A stretch of 64,000 nt of DNA from an uncultured Chloroflexia bacterium. GTDB taxonomy: Bacteria; Chloroflexota; Limnocylindria; Limnocylindrales; CSP1-4. The stretch covers positions 246 to 64,245 of the forward strand of contig CAVRFU010000011.1 of NCBI GenBank assembly GCA_963720495.1. Reading direction: 5' to 3'. Under the pieces are notes generated by a model that searched no databases, was not told the origin of the DNA, and saw only the letters and a list, made by a program, of their open reading frames with translations. A program made the position numbers and the translations under genes. Of this stretch, positions 1 to 9,945 are shown piece by piece. Each line of letters begins with the position of its first letter. The first letter of the stretch is position 1.

Positions 1-1
1 C

Positions 2-304
2 GCAGTACCGGGGATCGCGCCCAACATCCTGACGGACCGGCTGCGCCGGCTCGAACGCGAACGGATCCTCGTCGCGACGCCGTACCAGCAGCGCCCGCCG
101 CGCATGTCCTACGCCCTGACGGCTGACGGTCATGACCTGGCCTCGGCGCTCCGGATGTTCGCCGACTGGGGCTCCCGCAGCAGTCCGGCCGCCGAGCCGA
201 CCCGCCACGGGCGCTGCGGCACGCCGCTCGAGACGCGCTGGTTCTGCCCGACCTGCGAGGTCGTCGTGGACCGCCCGGACGCGGACGAAGCCCGGACGTT
301 GTAG
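2..304 (+). CDS. HxlR-family winged-helix transcriptional regulator, 5' end cut by the window edge
   Basis: Frame 2 reads from nt 2 as AVPGIAPNILTDRLRRLERERILVATPYQQRPPRMSYALTADGHDL, the recognition helix/wing pattern of HxlR-type regulators. The ORF track shows only the part after the internal Met at 104. The C-terminal tail has C-x10-C-x2-C. Confidence 0.6.
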   Translation, partial: AVPGIAPNILTDRLRRLERERILVATPYQQRPPRMSYALTADGHDLASALRMFADWGSRSSPAAEPTRHGRCGTPLETRWFCPTCEVVVDRPDADEARTL

Positions 305-383
305 TCGAAGGCGTGACGTCGCGGCCGCCGGCCGAGCGGCCGTGGACCCGACCATCGCGCCGACCCCGGCTACACTCGGTGCG

Positions 384-833
384 ATGGAAGACGAGCGCGC
401 TGGGAACCCGGGATGCCGGTCCTCGATCGGCAGCCCCTGCGCGCGCCCGACGGGCCCCCCGATCGGGACGTCGACCCTGCCCCCGAGCCTCCAGGTTCTC
501 CCGCCCCGCTCCGTCCCGGAGGTCGCACCGACCCCGCTCCAGCACCACTACGTGCTCCTCAGCGTGCCGGTGCTCATCGCCGGCACGATCGCCATCACGG
601 CCATGGAGCTCGGCGCCTCACCGGGCAGCCTCCTCGTCAAGCTGTGCGTGCTGATCGGTGCGCCGCTCCTCGTCATCACGACGGCCGACGCCGTCGTGCG
701 CATCTGGCGGTCGGCCTGGGCGTGGATGCCGATCGATCGCGGCAAGGGCCTGTTCCGGCTCGCCTGGGTGGTCGTCAGCCTCGTCGGGCTCGCCGCGCTC
801 GTCGCCGCGTCCGTGCTGGTGATCCTCGCGTGA
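384..833 (+). CDS. small integral membrane protein (hypothetical)
   Basis: In-frame ATG at 384 inside ORF 132..833. The C-terminal two thirds form hydrophobic helices (VLLSVPVLIAGTIAITAM, LCVLIGAPLLVITTA, LAWVVVSLVGLAALVAASVLVIL). The upstream part of the ORF is Arg/Pro junk. Confidence 0.45.
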   Translation: MEDERAGNPGCRSSIGSPCARPTGPPIGTSTLPPSLQVLPPRSVPEVAPTPLQHHYVLLSVPVLIAGTIAITAMELGASPGSLLVKLCVLIGAPLLVITTADAVVRIWRSAWAWMPIDRGKGLFRLAWVVVSLVGLAALVAASVLVILA

Positions 834-846
834 CCGCGGCGGGACG

Positions 847-1470
847 GTGACGGACATCGAGCCGCTCGGGCGCGGCCCGGACGGGCGATCGACCGACCTG
901 CCCTCGGGCGGCGGCGTTCCGCGCTGGCTCGCGGAGTCGCTCAACTTCTGCTCCCGGTGCGGGGCGCCGCTCGTGTTCGGCAGCCTCCCGGACGAGGACC
1001 GCGACCGGCTGGCCTGCCCGGCCTGCGGCCACATCGCGTACGTCAATCCCCGCCTGGTGGTCACGACGTTCCCGATCACGGACGCGGGCGAGATCGTGCT
1101 CATCCGGCGGGGCATCGAGCCCGGCAAGGGGTCGTGGGCCCAGCCGGGCGGCTTCCTCGAGGTCGACGAGACGGTCCACGAGGCCGCCGTCCGCGAGACC
1201 CGCGAGGAGACGGGCCTGCTCGTCGAGCCGGGCCGGATCGTCGGCCTGTACACGCGGTTGGAGGCGGCGGTCGTGACGATCGCCTTCGAGGCACGGATCG
1301 TCGGCGGCGAGGCCGCGCCCACGCCCGAGGCCACCGAGATCGTGGCCTACGCGCCGGAGGACATCCCGTGGGCCGGCATCGCGTTCAGGACGACGCAGTG
1401 GGCACTCCGCGACCTGCTCGGTGGCCTGCGGCCCGACCTCGAGCTGCCATCGGTGATCGGCGGCTACTGA
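847..1470 (+). CDS. NUDIX hydrolase with N-terminal zinc ribbon
   Basis: CSRCG...CPACG zinc ribbon followed by the Nudix box GGFLEVDETVHEAAVRETREETGL (GX5EX7REUXEEXGU). Confidence 0.85.
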   Translation: MTDIEPLGRGPDGRSTDLPSGGGVPRWLAESLNFCSRCGAPLVFGSLPDEDRDRLACPACGHIAYVNPRLVVTTFPITDAGEIVLIRRGIEPGKGSWAQPGGFLEVDETVHEAAVRETREETGLLVEPGRIVGLYTRLEAAVVTIAFEARIVGGEAAPTPEATEIVAYAPEDIPWAGIAFRTTQWALRDLLGGLRPDLELPSVIGGY

Positions 1471-1506
1471 GCGGACGGCTCCGCGCCTCGGCCGACGGCG
1501 TGACCC

Positions 1507-2982
1507 TCAGCCGAGGTCGATGAAGACGTTCTTCGTCTCGGTGTACAGGTCGAGCGCCGACATCCCGAGCTCGCGCCCGATGCCGGACATCTTGTAGCCG
1601 CCGAACGGCGCCTCGGTGTGGACCGAGCTGTTGGTGTTGACGCTGATGACCCCGGCCTGGAGCGCCTTCGCCGCGCGCAGCGCCTTGCCGATGTCGCGGC
1701 TCCAGACCGAGCCGGACAGGCCGTACGGCGTGGCGTTGGCCAGCCGCATCGCCTCCTCCTCCGTGTCGAACGGGATGATCGACACGACCGGCCCGAAGAT
1801 CTCCTCGCGCGCGATGCGCATGTCGTTCGAGACGCCATCGAACACGGTCGGCATCAGGTACGCGCCCCCGGCCAGTGCCGGGTCGGTCGGAGCGTCGCCG
1901 CCGACGACGAGCGTCGCGCCCTCGGCTAGACCGATCTCGATGTAGTCGCGCACCCGGTCGCGCTGCTTGAAGCTGACCAGCGTGCCCATCTCGGTCGCGT
2001 CCTCGGACGGGGCGCCGACCTTGACGTTGCGGGTGGCGGCCGCGAACAGCTCGACCACCTCGTCGTGGGCGGACCGCTCCACGAGGATCCGGCTCCGGGC
2101 GCAGCAGTCCTGGCCGGTGTTGTCGAAGACCGTGTAGGGCGACTCGCGCGCGAACTTCTCGAGGTCGGCGTCGGCGAAGACGATATTGGGGCTCTTGCCG
2201 CCGAGCTCGAGCGAGATCTTCTTCACGTTGCCGGCGGCCAGCCGCATGATCTCCTGGCCGGTCGTCGTCTCGCCCGTGAAGGCCACCTTGCCGACACCGG
2301 GATGGGCCGCGATGGACGCGCCCGCCGACCCGCCCGGGCCGGTCACGATGTTGAGGACGCCGGCCGGGATCCCCGCCTCCAGCGCCAACTCACCGAGGCG
2401 GATCGCCGTCAACGGGGAGTAGCTGGCGGGCTTGAGGATCGCGGTGTTGCCCGCGGCCAGCGCCGGCGCCACCTTCCACGAGGCCATCAGCAACGGGAAG
2501 TTCCACGGCACGATGAGCCCGACGACGCCGATCGGCTCGCGCAGGGTCAGGTCCAGCCCGGGCTTGGACACCGGGATCGTCTGGCCGAAGATCTTGTTGG
2601 CGGCACCCGCGTAGTAGTCGAACACGAGGCTGGCGCCGATGATCTCGCCGCGGGCGGAGGTGATCGGCTTGCCGACGTTCCGGCTCTCGAGCTGGGCCAG
2701 CTCCTCGCTGTGGTCCTTGATCAGGGCGGCCAGCTTGGCCAGCGAGCGACCGCGCTTGCCGGCCGCCCAGGACGCCCAGCCCTTGCGCTCCTCGAACGCC
2801 GCCTGGGCGGCCGCCACGGCCCGGTCGACATCCTCGCGACCGCCCTGCGGCACGCTGGCCATCACGGTGCCGTCGGCCGGATCGACGACGTCGAACGTCT
2901 GGCCGTCCGCCGCGTCGACGGGCTGGCCGCCGACGATCATGTGCGCGGTCTGCACCCCGGCGCGGGTCTCGGTCGTCATCGG
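1507..2982 (-). CDS. NAD(P)-dependent aldehyde dehydrogenase
   Basis: ALDH-family sequence throughout (VPWNFPLLMASWKVAPALAAGN, FTGETTTG, ELGGKSP, catalytic-Cys region GQDCCARSR, EEIFGPV). Start placed at MTTETR, because the first 26 codons of ORF 1507..3060 look non-coding. Confidence 0.9.
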   Translation of the reverse strand, partial: PMTTETRAGVQTAHMIVGGQPVDAADGQTFDVVDPADGTVMASVPQGGREDVDRAVAAAQAAFEERKGWASWAAGKRGRSLAKLAALIKDHSEELAQLESRNVGKPITSARGEIIGASLVFDYYAGAANKIFGQTIPVSKPGLDLTLREPIGVVGLIVPWNFPLLMASWKVAPALAAGNTAILKPASYSPLTAIRLGELALEAGIPAGVLNIVTGPGGSAGASIAAHPGVGKVAFTGETTTGQEIMRLAAGNVKKISLELGGKSPNIVFADADLEKFARESPYTVFDNTGQDCCARSRILVERSAHDEVVELFAAATRNVKVGAPSEDATEMGTLVSFKQRDRVRDYIEIGLAEGATLVVGGDAPTDPALAGGAYLMPTVFDGVSNDMRIAREEIFGPVVSIIPFDTEEEAMRLANATPYGLSGSVWSRDIGKALRAAKALQAGVISVNTNSSVHTEAPFGGYKMSGIGRELGMSALDLYTETKNVFIDLG

Positions 2983-3075
2983 GTAGGCCCTCTCGGCGGT
3001 GGGATCGGGCCTCGATGATACGCCCGCCCTCCCGGGCCGGCCGCCACCCCGCCGGGCCATGGCCGGCAGATCCGG

Positions 3076-3918
3076 TCAGCCCTCGCCGGACGGGATGGCG
3101 GGGAACACGGATCCGGGGCGGGCGGGCGGCAGCGCCGTCTCGGCTGCGATGATCGCCGCGCCGATGATGCCCGCGTCATTGCGGAGCGTGGCGGCGACGA
3201 CCGGGCAGCGGACGGTGAGCCGCGGCACGAACCTGTCCGCGCTCTTGCTGACGCCACCGCCGATGATCATCAGGTTCGGCCACATCAGCTGCTGGATCCG
3301 GTCGAGATGCTCGTCCAGGTCGGCCGCCCACGCCTTCCACGAGAGCCCGCGCCGGACGCGCGCGATCGCCGCCGACCGGCGCTCCGCGGCCCTCCCGCGG
3401 ATCTCCATCTGCCCGAACTCGGTGTTCGGGACGAGGACACCATTGTTGAACACGCCCGACCCGACGCCTGTCCCGAGCGTCAGGAAGATGACGACCCCCG
3501 GCTGGTCCACGCCGACCCCGAAGCGCATCTCGGCGATGCCCGCCGCGTCTGCGTCGTTGATGATCGCGATCGGGCGCTTGATGAGGCGGCCCATCCGATC
3601 GACCACCGGAAAGTCGATCCAGGCTGGGTCGATGTTGGCGGCGGACTTGAGAACCCCATCGATGGCCACGCCGGGCAGGCCGATCCCGACGGGGGTGGCG
3701 TCCCCGAGACCGGACGACTTTGTCAGCCGCTTGACGACACGAGAGATCGATGCGATGACGGCATCGGGTGTGGACGGGGACGGGGTCGGCACGCGGATCC
3801 GCTCCGACCGGAGCCGGCCGCTCTCGACGTCGACCACCGCTGCCTTGATCCCGCTGCCACCGACGTCGACGCCGATGGCGATCCGGCCGTTGGCCATCTC
3901 GGACGTGTCCTCCGACAT
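3076..3918 (-). CDS. ppgK: ROK-family polyphosphate/ATP glucokinase
   Basis: IGVDVGGSGIKAAVVD N-terminal ATPase motif, GIGLPGV, TLGTGVGSG. Length and layout are typical of actinobacterial PpgK. Confidence 0.8.
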   Translation of the reverse strand: MSEDTSEMANGRIAIGVDVGGSGIKAAVVDVESGRLRSERIRVPTPSPSTPDAVIASISRVVKRLTKSSGLGDATPVGIGLPGVAIDGVLKSAANIDPAWIDFPVVDRMGRLIKRPIAIINDADAAGIAEMRFGVGVDQPGVVIFLTLGTGVGSGVFNNGVLVPNTEFGQMEIRGRAAERRSAAIARVRRGLSWKAWAADLDEHLDRIQQLMWPNLMIIGGGVSKSADRFVPRLTVRCPVVAATLRNDAGIIGAAIIAAETALPPARPGSVFPAIPSGEG

Positions 3919-3939
3919 CGATGCCTCCCGGTCCCCCGG

Positions 3940-4707
3940 CTAGAAGTAGTTGACCGTGATCCCGCCGTCCACGACGAGCGAGGCGCCGTTCGTCCAGCGT
4001 GACTCGTCCGACGCGAGATAGACGGCCATGTGGACGATCTCCTCGGGCTTGCCGAACCGGCCGGTCGGGTTGCGGGCGAGCCGGAGCTGCTTGGCCGCCT
4101 CGTCCTTGACCAGCCAGTCCATGAGCAGCGGCGTCTCGACCGGTCCCGGGCAGATCGCATTGGTCCGCACGCCCTGCGGCCCGAACTGGACGGCCAGGCT
4201 GCGGGTCAGCGAGAGGACCGCACCCTTGGACGCCGTATAGGCGTCCTGCGGGACGCTGCAGCCGAGCAGGGCCACGAAGCTCGCGATGTTGATGATCGAC
4301 CCGCCGCCGCCGTCGACCATGGCCGGGATGGCGTACTTGCAGCCGAGGAAGACCCCGCGGACGTTGACGGCCATGACCGAGTCCCACGTCGCGACGTCCG
4401 TGTCGGTCACCGAGTGGTCCGCCTCGGGCATGATCCCGGCGTTGTTGTAGAGGCAGTCGAGCCGCCCGTAGGTCGCGAGGGCGTGGTCGACCATCGCCTT
4501 GGCGTCGGCCTCCTGCGAGACGTCCGCCCGGATGAAGGTCGCATCGCCGCCGGCCGCCCGGACGAGCTCCACGGTCTCCGCCCCGGCCGCCTCGCCGTAC
4601 TCGGCGACGACGACCTTGGCGCCCTGGGCCGCGAATATCTGGGCGGCCACCCGGCCCATCCCGCCGCCGCCACCGGTGATGATCGAGACCTTGCCCTCGA
4701 GCCGCAT
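3940..4707 (-). CDS. SDR-family oxidoreductase
   Basis: TGGGGGMG Rossmann motif, NNAG, catalytic YTASK. Confidence 0.9.
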   Translation of the reverse strand: MRLEGKVSIITGGGGGMGRVAAQIFAAQGAKVVVAEYGEAAGAETVELVRAAGGDATFIRADVSQEADAKAMVDHALATYGRLDCLYNNAGIMPEADHSVTDTDVATWDSVMAVNVRGVFLGCKYAIPAMVDGGGGSIINIASFVALLGCSVPQDAYTASKGAVLSLTRSLAVQFGPQGVRTNAICPGPVETPLLMDWLVKDEAAKQLRLARNPTGRFGKPEEIVHMAVYLASDESRWTNGASLVVDGGITVNYF

Positions 4708-4842
4708 CGATCTCCCTCTCGCACGTCCGTGGCGGTCAGAGTAGCGCTCGGCCGAACCTGCCGCGCACCGTGGGCGATCCGGCGGCGACGGTCAGCGGCC
4801 GTTGGCGGCGCGTGGGACGATGCGGCCCGGAGGGACGACCCG

Positions 4843-5520
4843 ATGGCGACCGCACAGGACATGATCACCGCCGTCACGACCGACGACGCGACACGGGTGG
4901 CGGCCCTCGTCGCCGAGGACCCCGCCCTGGCGTCCACGCGCGATCGCGATGGGGTGTCGGTGCTGATGCTGTCGCGATACCGGTTCGATCGCGGCACGAC
5001 GGACGCGCTCCTGGCGGCCGATCCGGAGCTGGACGTCTTCGAGGCGACGGCGCTCGGCTACATCGACCGGTTGCGTGAGCGCCTCGACGAGGACCCGGGC
5101 CGAGCCGTCGCCTGGTCGGCCGACGGGTTCACCGCGCTCCATTTCGCTGCCTTCTTCGGCAAGGCCGAGGCGGCCCGGACGCTCATCGACGCCGGGGCCA
5201 TGGTCGACGCCGTGTCGGGCAACGAGATGCGCGTCCAGCCGCTCCACAGCGCCGCCGCCGGCCGCCACCACGAGGTGTGCCGGCTGCTCATCGCGTCCGG
5301 TGCCGACGTGAATGCCACCCAGCAGCACGACTTCACGCCGCTGCACGCCGCCGCCCAGCACGGCGACGACGAGCTGGTCGAGCTGTTCCTGTCGGCCGGC
5401 GCGGACCCCTTGGCACGGACCGATGCCGGCGACACGGCCGCCGACATCGCCGAGGCGGCCGGCCACGTCGACGTCGCGCGTCGCCTCCGCCAGGTCGCCG
5501 AGGATCGCGCCGCGGGCTGA
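4843..5520 (+). CDS. ankyrin-repeat protein
   Basis: In-frame ATG at 4843 within ORF 4030..5520. Repeats: GFTALHFAAFFGKAEAARTLIDAGAMVDA, QPLHSAAAGRHHEVCRLLIASGADVNA, FTPLHAAAQHGDDELVELFLSAGADP. No signal peptide seen. Confidence 0.8.
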   Translation: MATAQDMITAVTTDDATRVAALVAEDPALASTRDRDGVSVLMLSRYRFDRGTTDALLAADPELDVFEATALGYIDRLRERLDEDPGRAVAWSADGFTALHFAAFFGKAEAARTLIDAGAMVDAVSGNEMRVQPLHSAAAGRHHEVCRLLIASGADVNATQQHDFTPLHAAAQHGDDELVELFLSAGADPLARTDAGDTAADIAEAAGHVDVARRLRQVAEDRAAG

Positions 5521-5530
5521 CCGGCTCCGA

Positions 5531-6937
5531 TCAGCCGCGCTCGAGGTAGCGCTCGCGGTCCCACGGGTGGACCATCGAGTCGTAGGTGTCCTGCTCGACC
5601 CGGGCCGCGTTGAGGTAGTGGTCGACCACGTCCTGGCCGAGGATCTCGACGGCGGCCTCGGACCGTTCCAGCTCGCGGATCGCCTCGTACAGCGCGCGCG
5701 GCATCCGCTCGACGCCCGTCGCCAGGTAGCCGTTGCCCTTGAACTCGGGGTCGAGCGGCAGCTCGTGCTCGATGCCGTACAGCCCGGCGCCCATCATCGC
5801 GGCGTAGGTCAGGTAGGCGTTCATGTCACCGCCCGGGAAGCGGTCCTCGACGTGCAGGCCCGGCCCGCGACCGACCAGCCGGAAACCGGTCGTCCGGTTG
5901 TCGCGGCCCCAGACGACGTTCACCGGCGCCCACGACAGGGACGCGTAACGCTTGTACGAGTTGATGAACGGCGCGACGAAGACGGCCAGCTCGCGCGACA
6001 GCTTCATCATCCCGGCGACGAAGTGCTGGCCGATCTCGGACAGGCCGTACGGGCCGGCCGCCTCGGCCTCGGCCGCGTGCATCAGCGGAACATCCCTGGC
6101 GGCGTCCCACAGGCTCATGTGAAGGTGCCCGGACGAGCCGGTCCAGTGATGATCCGGCTTGGCCATGAACGTGATGCCCCAGCCGTTGAGGTAGGCGATC
6201 TCTTTCGCGCCGTGCTTGAAGACGACGCTCCGGTCGGCCAATTCGAGGACGTGGTCGTAGCGGATGTTGACCTCGTGCTGGCCGTTGGCCGCCTCACCCT
6301 TGCTGAACTCGATCGGCACGTCCGCCGCGGTCATCTGGTTCCGCAGGAGCCGGTGCAGCGGTTCGGCCTTGGTCGCCTGCAGGAGGTTGTAGTCCTCGTT
6401 GTAGTGACCGAACGGGCGGGGCACCGGCCAGCCGCGGTCGGCCAGGTCCTCCCAGGAGTCCTTCAGGACGTAGAACTCGAACTCCGAGCCGGCCTTGAGC
6501 GTGTAGCCGGCCGCCGCCGCCCGTTCGACCTGGCGCTTGAGGATCGTCCGCGGGGCGATCGGGATCTCGAGCCCGGTCTCCTCGTCGATCGCGTCGGCGA
6601 GAACCATCGCCGTGCCGGGCAGCCAGGGCAGGACCCGGAGCTGGTCCCAGACCGGCTCGGCGATCCAGTCGCCGTAGCCCGTCTCCCAGTTCATCAGCTT
6701 GAAGCCTTCGGGCGTCGTCATCTCCATGTCCGTGCCCAGCAGGTACGTGCAGAAGTGGGCGCCGTGCGAGATGACCCCGTCGAGGAACGCCTGGCCCTGG
6801 ACCCGCTTGCCGACCAGCCGGCCCTGCATGTCCGTGATGGCGACGACGATCGTGTCGATCTGGCCATCGCGGACCATCTCCTCCAGCTCGAGGAGGCGCC
6901 GATGCTTGGTGGCGTGGCCCGCGTCGTGGTCGCTCAT
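5531..6937 (-). CDS. glutamine synthetase family protein (gamma-glutamyl-amine ligase type)
   Basis: 468 aa with the GS catalytic-domain pattern (FMAKPDHHWTGSSGHLHMSLW, NSYKRY, WGRDNRTTGFR). GGAGG sits 6 nt upstream of the ATG. Confidence 0.85.
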   Translation of the reverse strand: MSDHDAGHATKHRRLLELEEMVRDGQIDTIVVAITDMQGRLVGKRVQGQAFLDGVISHGAHFCTYLLGTDMEMTTPEGFKLMNWETGYGDWIAEPVWDQLRVLPWLPGTAMVLADAIDEETGLEIPIAPRTILKRQVERAAAAGYTLKAGSEFEFYVLKDSWEDLADRGWPVPRPFGHYNEDYNLLQATKAEPLHRLLRNQMTAADVPIEFSKGEAANGQHEVNIRYDHVLELADRSVVFKHGAKEIAYLNGWGITFMAKPDHHWTGSSGHLHMSLWDAARDVPLMHAAEAEAAGPYGLSEIGQHFVAGMMKLSRELAVFVAPFINSYKRYASLSWAPVNVVWGRDNRTTGFRLVGRGPGLHVEDRFPGGDMNAYLTYAAMMGAGLYGIEHELPLDPEFKGNGYLATGVERMPRALYEAIRELERSEAAVEILGQDVVDHYLNAARVEQDTYDSMVHPWDRERYLERG

Positions 6938-6995
6938 GGTGGGCCTCCGGTTCGATGCCCGATGGTCGCGGGCCGACGGATGGAGTCCGGCCGGC

Positions 6996-7778
6996 TCAGT
7001 AGAGCATCGTCGTCCCGGTCGGGAAGACGAAGGTGAAGGCCGTGCTCGGGAGCGGGGCGTCGGGCTGGAGCTCGGTCGCCTCGGCGTGGCGGGTGACCGT
7101 GCCGCCGATGGTCTCGACCAGGCGCGCGATGACGCCCGTCTCGCGATCGACCGCGATGGCGATGTGGAAGTCGGGCCGGTCGCCGGCCAGCTCGGTCGTC
7201 CGCGGGTGGTCGCATTCGAGCAGGATGGCCTCGCGACCGGACACGAGGTCCGTGCCGGTGACCGTGCACCGGCCGGTCGCGAGGACGTTCTGGCAATAGC
7301 CCGCCGGGTGGACGAACGTGTCGGGGAGGGTCTCGGCCGGCAGCGACGTGATCGGCTCGTACACGCGGGAGGGGCCGGGGAAGTCGCGGTCGGCCAGCCC
7401 GCGCGGCCGGTTGCGGATCGGTCGTTGGGTGCCCAGGCCGTGGGCGCTCGAATAGGTCCGGACGAGCTCGCCGTCGGAGATCCAGACCTCGTATTCGGCC
7501 CGCGCGCCGTCGACGTCGTGGGTCGTCGTGACCCGCGCGTCGCCCGGGTGCCGCAGGACCGTCTCCATCGTCACGAGGTCGTCGCCTCGCGTGGTCTGGC
7601 TCCGCTCCTCGATCCGCAGCCGCAGGGTCCCGAAGCGGAGCTCGGCATCGCGCATGAAGTCGAACAGCTCGTCGACCGTCGGCAGCTCCGAGGCCAGGGC
7701 CACGATCTGGGGCAGACGCCGCCCGTCCGTCGTGGCCGGAACGACGGCAGCGCGGTCCCACAGGCGGGTGTCGGTCAT
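6996..7778 (-). CDS. hypothetical protein
   Basis: 260-aa ORF with normal amino-acid composition and high GC3. I recognise no motif. Confidence 0.55.
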   Translation of the reverse strand: MTDTRLWDRAAVVPATTDGRRLPQIVALASELPTVDELFDFMRDAELRFGTLRLRIEERSQTTRGDDLVTMETVLRHPGDARVTTTHDVDGARAEYEVWISDGELVRTYSSAHGLGTQRPIRNRPRGLADRDFPGPSRVYEPITSLPAETLPDTFVHPAGYCQNVLATGRCTVTGTDLVSGREAILLECDHPRTTELAGDRPDFHIAIAVDRETGVIARLVETIGGTVTRHAEATELQPDAPLPSTAFTFVFPTGTTMLY

Positions 7779-7904
7779 CGGGCGGATTGTAGCCGCGAGG
7801 ACGTTGCGTCGGCGGCGTCTCGTGGCGGCGTGAGGCGGAGCTTGGTTGGTGGCGTGATGCTCGCCGATGGCGGCGACGGGTCGGACGACTCCGACCAGGC
7901 GCGA

Positions 7905-9317
7905 TCAGCCACCGCCGCCGGCGCCCGACCCCAGGCCCGGCTCGGTCATGGCCGCCGGGTCCAGCAGCCGATCCAGCTCCGCCGCGTCCATGCCGCGCTC
8001 CAGCGCGAGCGCACGGATCGTCCGGCCCGACTTGAACGCCTCCTTGGCCAGCGTCGCCGCCTCGTCGTAGCCGATGACCGGGGCCAGGGCGGTCGCGAGC
8101 ATCAGCCCCTGCTCGACCAGCTCCGGGCCGCGATCGGTCGCCTGGACGCCCTCGACGCAGCGGGCGCTGAAGTTGTCGGTCGCGGCGGCCAGCAGCGTGA
8201 TCGACTGGAGCAGCGCGTCGGCGGTCACCGGCAGCATCACGTTGAGCTCGAGGAAGCTGCCGGTCTGGCTGAACGCGATGGTGGCGTCGTTGCCGACGAC
8301 CCGGGCGACGACCATCGTCAGGCTCTCGACGATGACCGGGTTCACCTTGCCCGGCATGATGCTCGACCCCGGCTGGGTCTCCGGCAGGGCCAGCTCCGCG
8401 ATCCCGGCGCGCGGGCCCATCCCCATCAGCCGCAGGTCCGAGGCGATCTTCCACAGGCTGAGGGCGATGGTCCGGATCGCGCCGTGCGCGGCGATGGCCG
8501 CGTCGAGCGTCGCCTGGGCGTGGAAGTGGTTCGAGGTCTCGCGGACCTCCAGGCCGGTCAGCGCCGACAGTCGTGCGCAGGCCCGTCCCGCGTACTCCGG
8601 GTGGGCGTTGATGCCGGTCCCGACCGCGGTCCCGCCCAGCGGCACGTCGAGCAGCTCGGCCTGGGCGGCGCGCGCCCGCCGGATCGACGCCTCGACCTGC
8701 CCGGCATAGCCGCGGAACTCCTGGCCGAGCCGGATCGGGGTCGCATCCTGGAGATGCGTCCGGCCGGTCTTGACGACGGGCCAGAACGCCTCCGATCGCG
8801 CCGCCAGGGCCGCCTGCAGCCGCTCGAGGGCGGGCAGGAGCTCGTCCTCGATGGCGACGGCCGCCGACAGCTGGAGGGCTGTCGGGATCGTGTCGTTCGA
8901 GCTCTGGCAGCGGTTGACGTCGTCGTTCGGGTGGACCTTTCGGCCGCCCAGCCGGGCGCCGGCGAGGTGCGCGACGACCTCGTTCATGTTGGTGTTGGTG
9001 GAGGTCCCGGATCCCGTCTGGTAGATATCGATCGGGAACTGGTCGTCGTGGTCCCCGTCGGCGACGGAGGCCGCGGCCGCCGCGATCGCATCGGCGACGT
9101 CGGCGTCGAGCAGCCCCAGGTCGCGGTTGGTCTCGGCCGCCGCGAGCTTGATCAGCGCCAGGGCTCGCAGGAACCGACGCGGCATCGGCTGGCCGGAGAT
9201 CGGGAAGTTGAGGACGGCCCTCTGCGTCGACGCGCCGTACAGGGCATCGACCGGGACCTCCATCTTGCCCATCGAATCGCGTTCGGTGCGGGTGGCCGGT
9301 CGGTCCATCTTGGTCAT
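7905..9317 (-). CDS. fumC: class II fumarate hydratase (fumarase/aspartase family)
   Basis: ERDSMGKMEVPVDALYGASTQRAVLNF N-terminus, SSNDTIPTA, GSSIMPGKVNP signature. Start taken at MTKMD (9317); an alternative Met lies at 9353. The upstream 230 codons of ORF 7905..10049 are junk. Aspartase is not fully excluded. Confidence 0.75.
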   Translation of the reverse strand: MTKMDRPATRTERDSMGKMEVPVDALYGASTQRAVLNFPISGQPMPRRFLRALALIKLAAAETNRDLGLLDADVADAIAAAAASVADGDHDDQFPIDIYQTGSGTSTNTNMNEVVAHLAGARLGGRKVHPNDDVNRCQSSNDTIPTALQLSAAVAIEDELLPALERLQAALAARSEAFWPVVKTGRTHLQDATPIRLGQEFRGYAGQVEASIRRARAAQAELLDVPLGGTAVGTGINAHPEYAGRACARLSALTGLEVRETSNHFHAQATLDAAIAAHGAIRTIALSLWKIASDLRLMGMGPRAGIAELALPETQPGSSIMPGKVNPVIVESLTMVVARVVGNDATIAFSQTGSFLELNVMLPVTADALLQSITLLAAATDNFSARCVEGVQATDRGPELVEQGLMLATALAPVIGYDEAATLAKEAFKSGRTIRALALERGMDAAELDRLLDPAAMTEPGLGSGAGGGG

Positions 9318-9389
9318 GCCCGCGATTGTAGGTTCCCGGGTCTCCGCGGTCATGGGCCGCCGGCCGGCACTGCCACTAGACTTCCGGCC

Positions 9390-9935
9390 ATGGGAGCCCG
9401 CACCACGAACGCCATCGATTCGGACACGTTCCGGCGGGTCATGGGTCACTTCGTGACCGGCGTGACCGTGGTGACCGCGCTCGACGGCGAGCGACCGTTC
9501 GGGATCACCGTGAACGCCCTGAGCTCGGTCTCGCTGGACCCGCCGCTGGTCATGGTCGCGCTGGACCGGCGCCGGTTCCTGACCCCGATCGTCCGGGCGG
9601 GCGGCCGATACGCCGTGTGCATCCTGTCCGAGGACCAGCAGGCCACCTCCGATTGCTTCGCCGGCGCGGCGGTCGAGCCCGGTCGTGACGACTTCTGCGG
9701 GGCCGCCTGGCATCCCGGACCGACCGGCCTGCCGCTGATCGACGGTGCCATCGCCACGCTCGAGTGCACGGTCGTCGAGACGTTCTCGGCGGGCGATCAC
9801 GACCTGTTCATCGGGCGGGTCGACTCGCTCGACAACGAGCATCTGCACGCGATGCCGCTGCTCTACTACCGGCGCAAGTACCTGCGCATCGAGCGGGCCG
9901 CATCGGCCGAGGTCGAGGGCAAGCCCGAGCGCTAG
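9390..9935 (+). CDS. flavin reductase (HpaC/NADH:FMN oxidoreductase-like)
   Basis: FRRVMGHFVTGVTVVTA...FGITVNALSSVSLDPPLVMVAL...GDHDLFIG, the flavin_reduct domain pattern. ATG at 9390 is in frame with ORF 6699..9935. Confidence 0.85.
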   Translation: MGARTTNAIDSDTFRRVMGHFVTGVTVVTALDGERPFGITVNALSSVSLDPPLVMVALDRRRFLTPIVRAGGRYAVCILSEDQQATSDCFAGAAVEPGRDDFCGAAWHPGPTGLPLIDGAIATLECTVVETFSAGDHDLFIGRVDSLDNEHLHAMPLLYYRRKYLRIERAASAEVEGKPER

Positions 9936-9945
9936 CCGGGCCACG

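Noticed and set aside
6699-9389. N-terminal 897 codons of plus-strand ORF 6699..9935; likewise the upstream parts of ORFs 41289..45830, 36005..38833, 55314..57164, 55386..57413, 16176..17708 and 4030..5520
   Set aside because: Only the C-terminal segments after an internal start show protein-family sequence. The long leaders are antisense or out of frame relative to neighbouring real genes and are compositionally junk.
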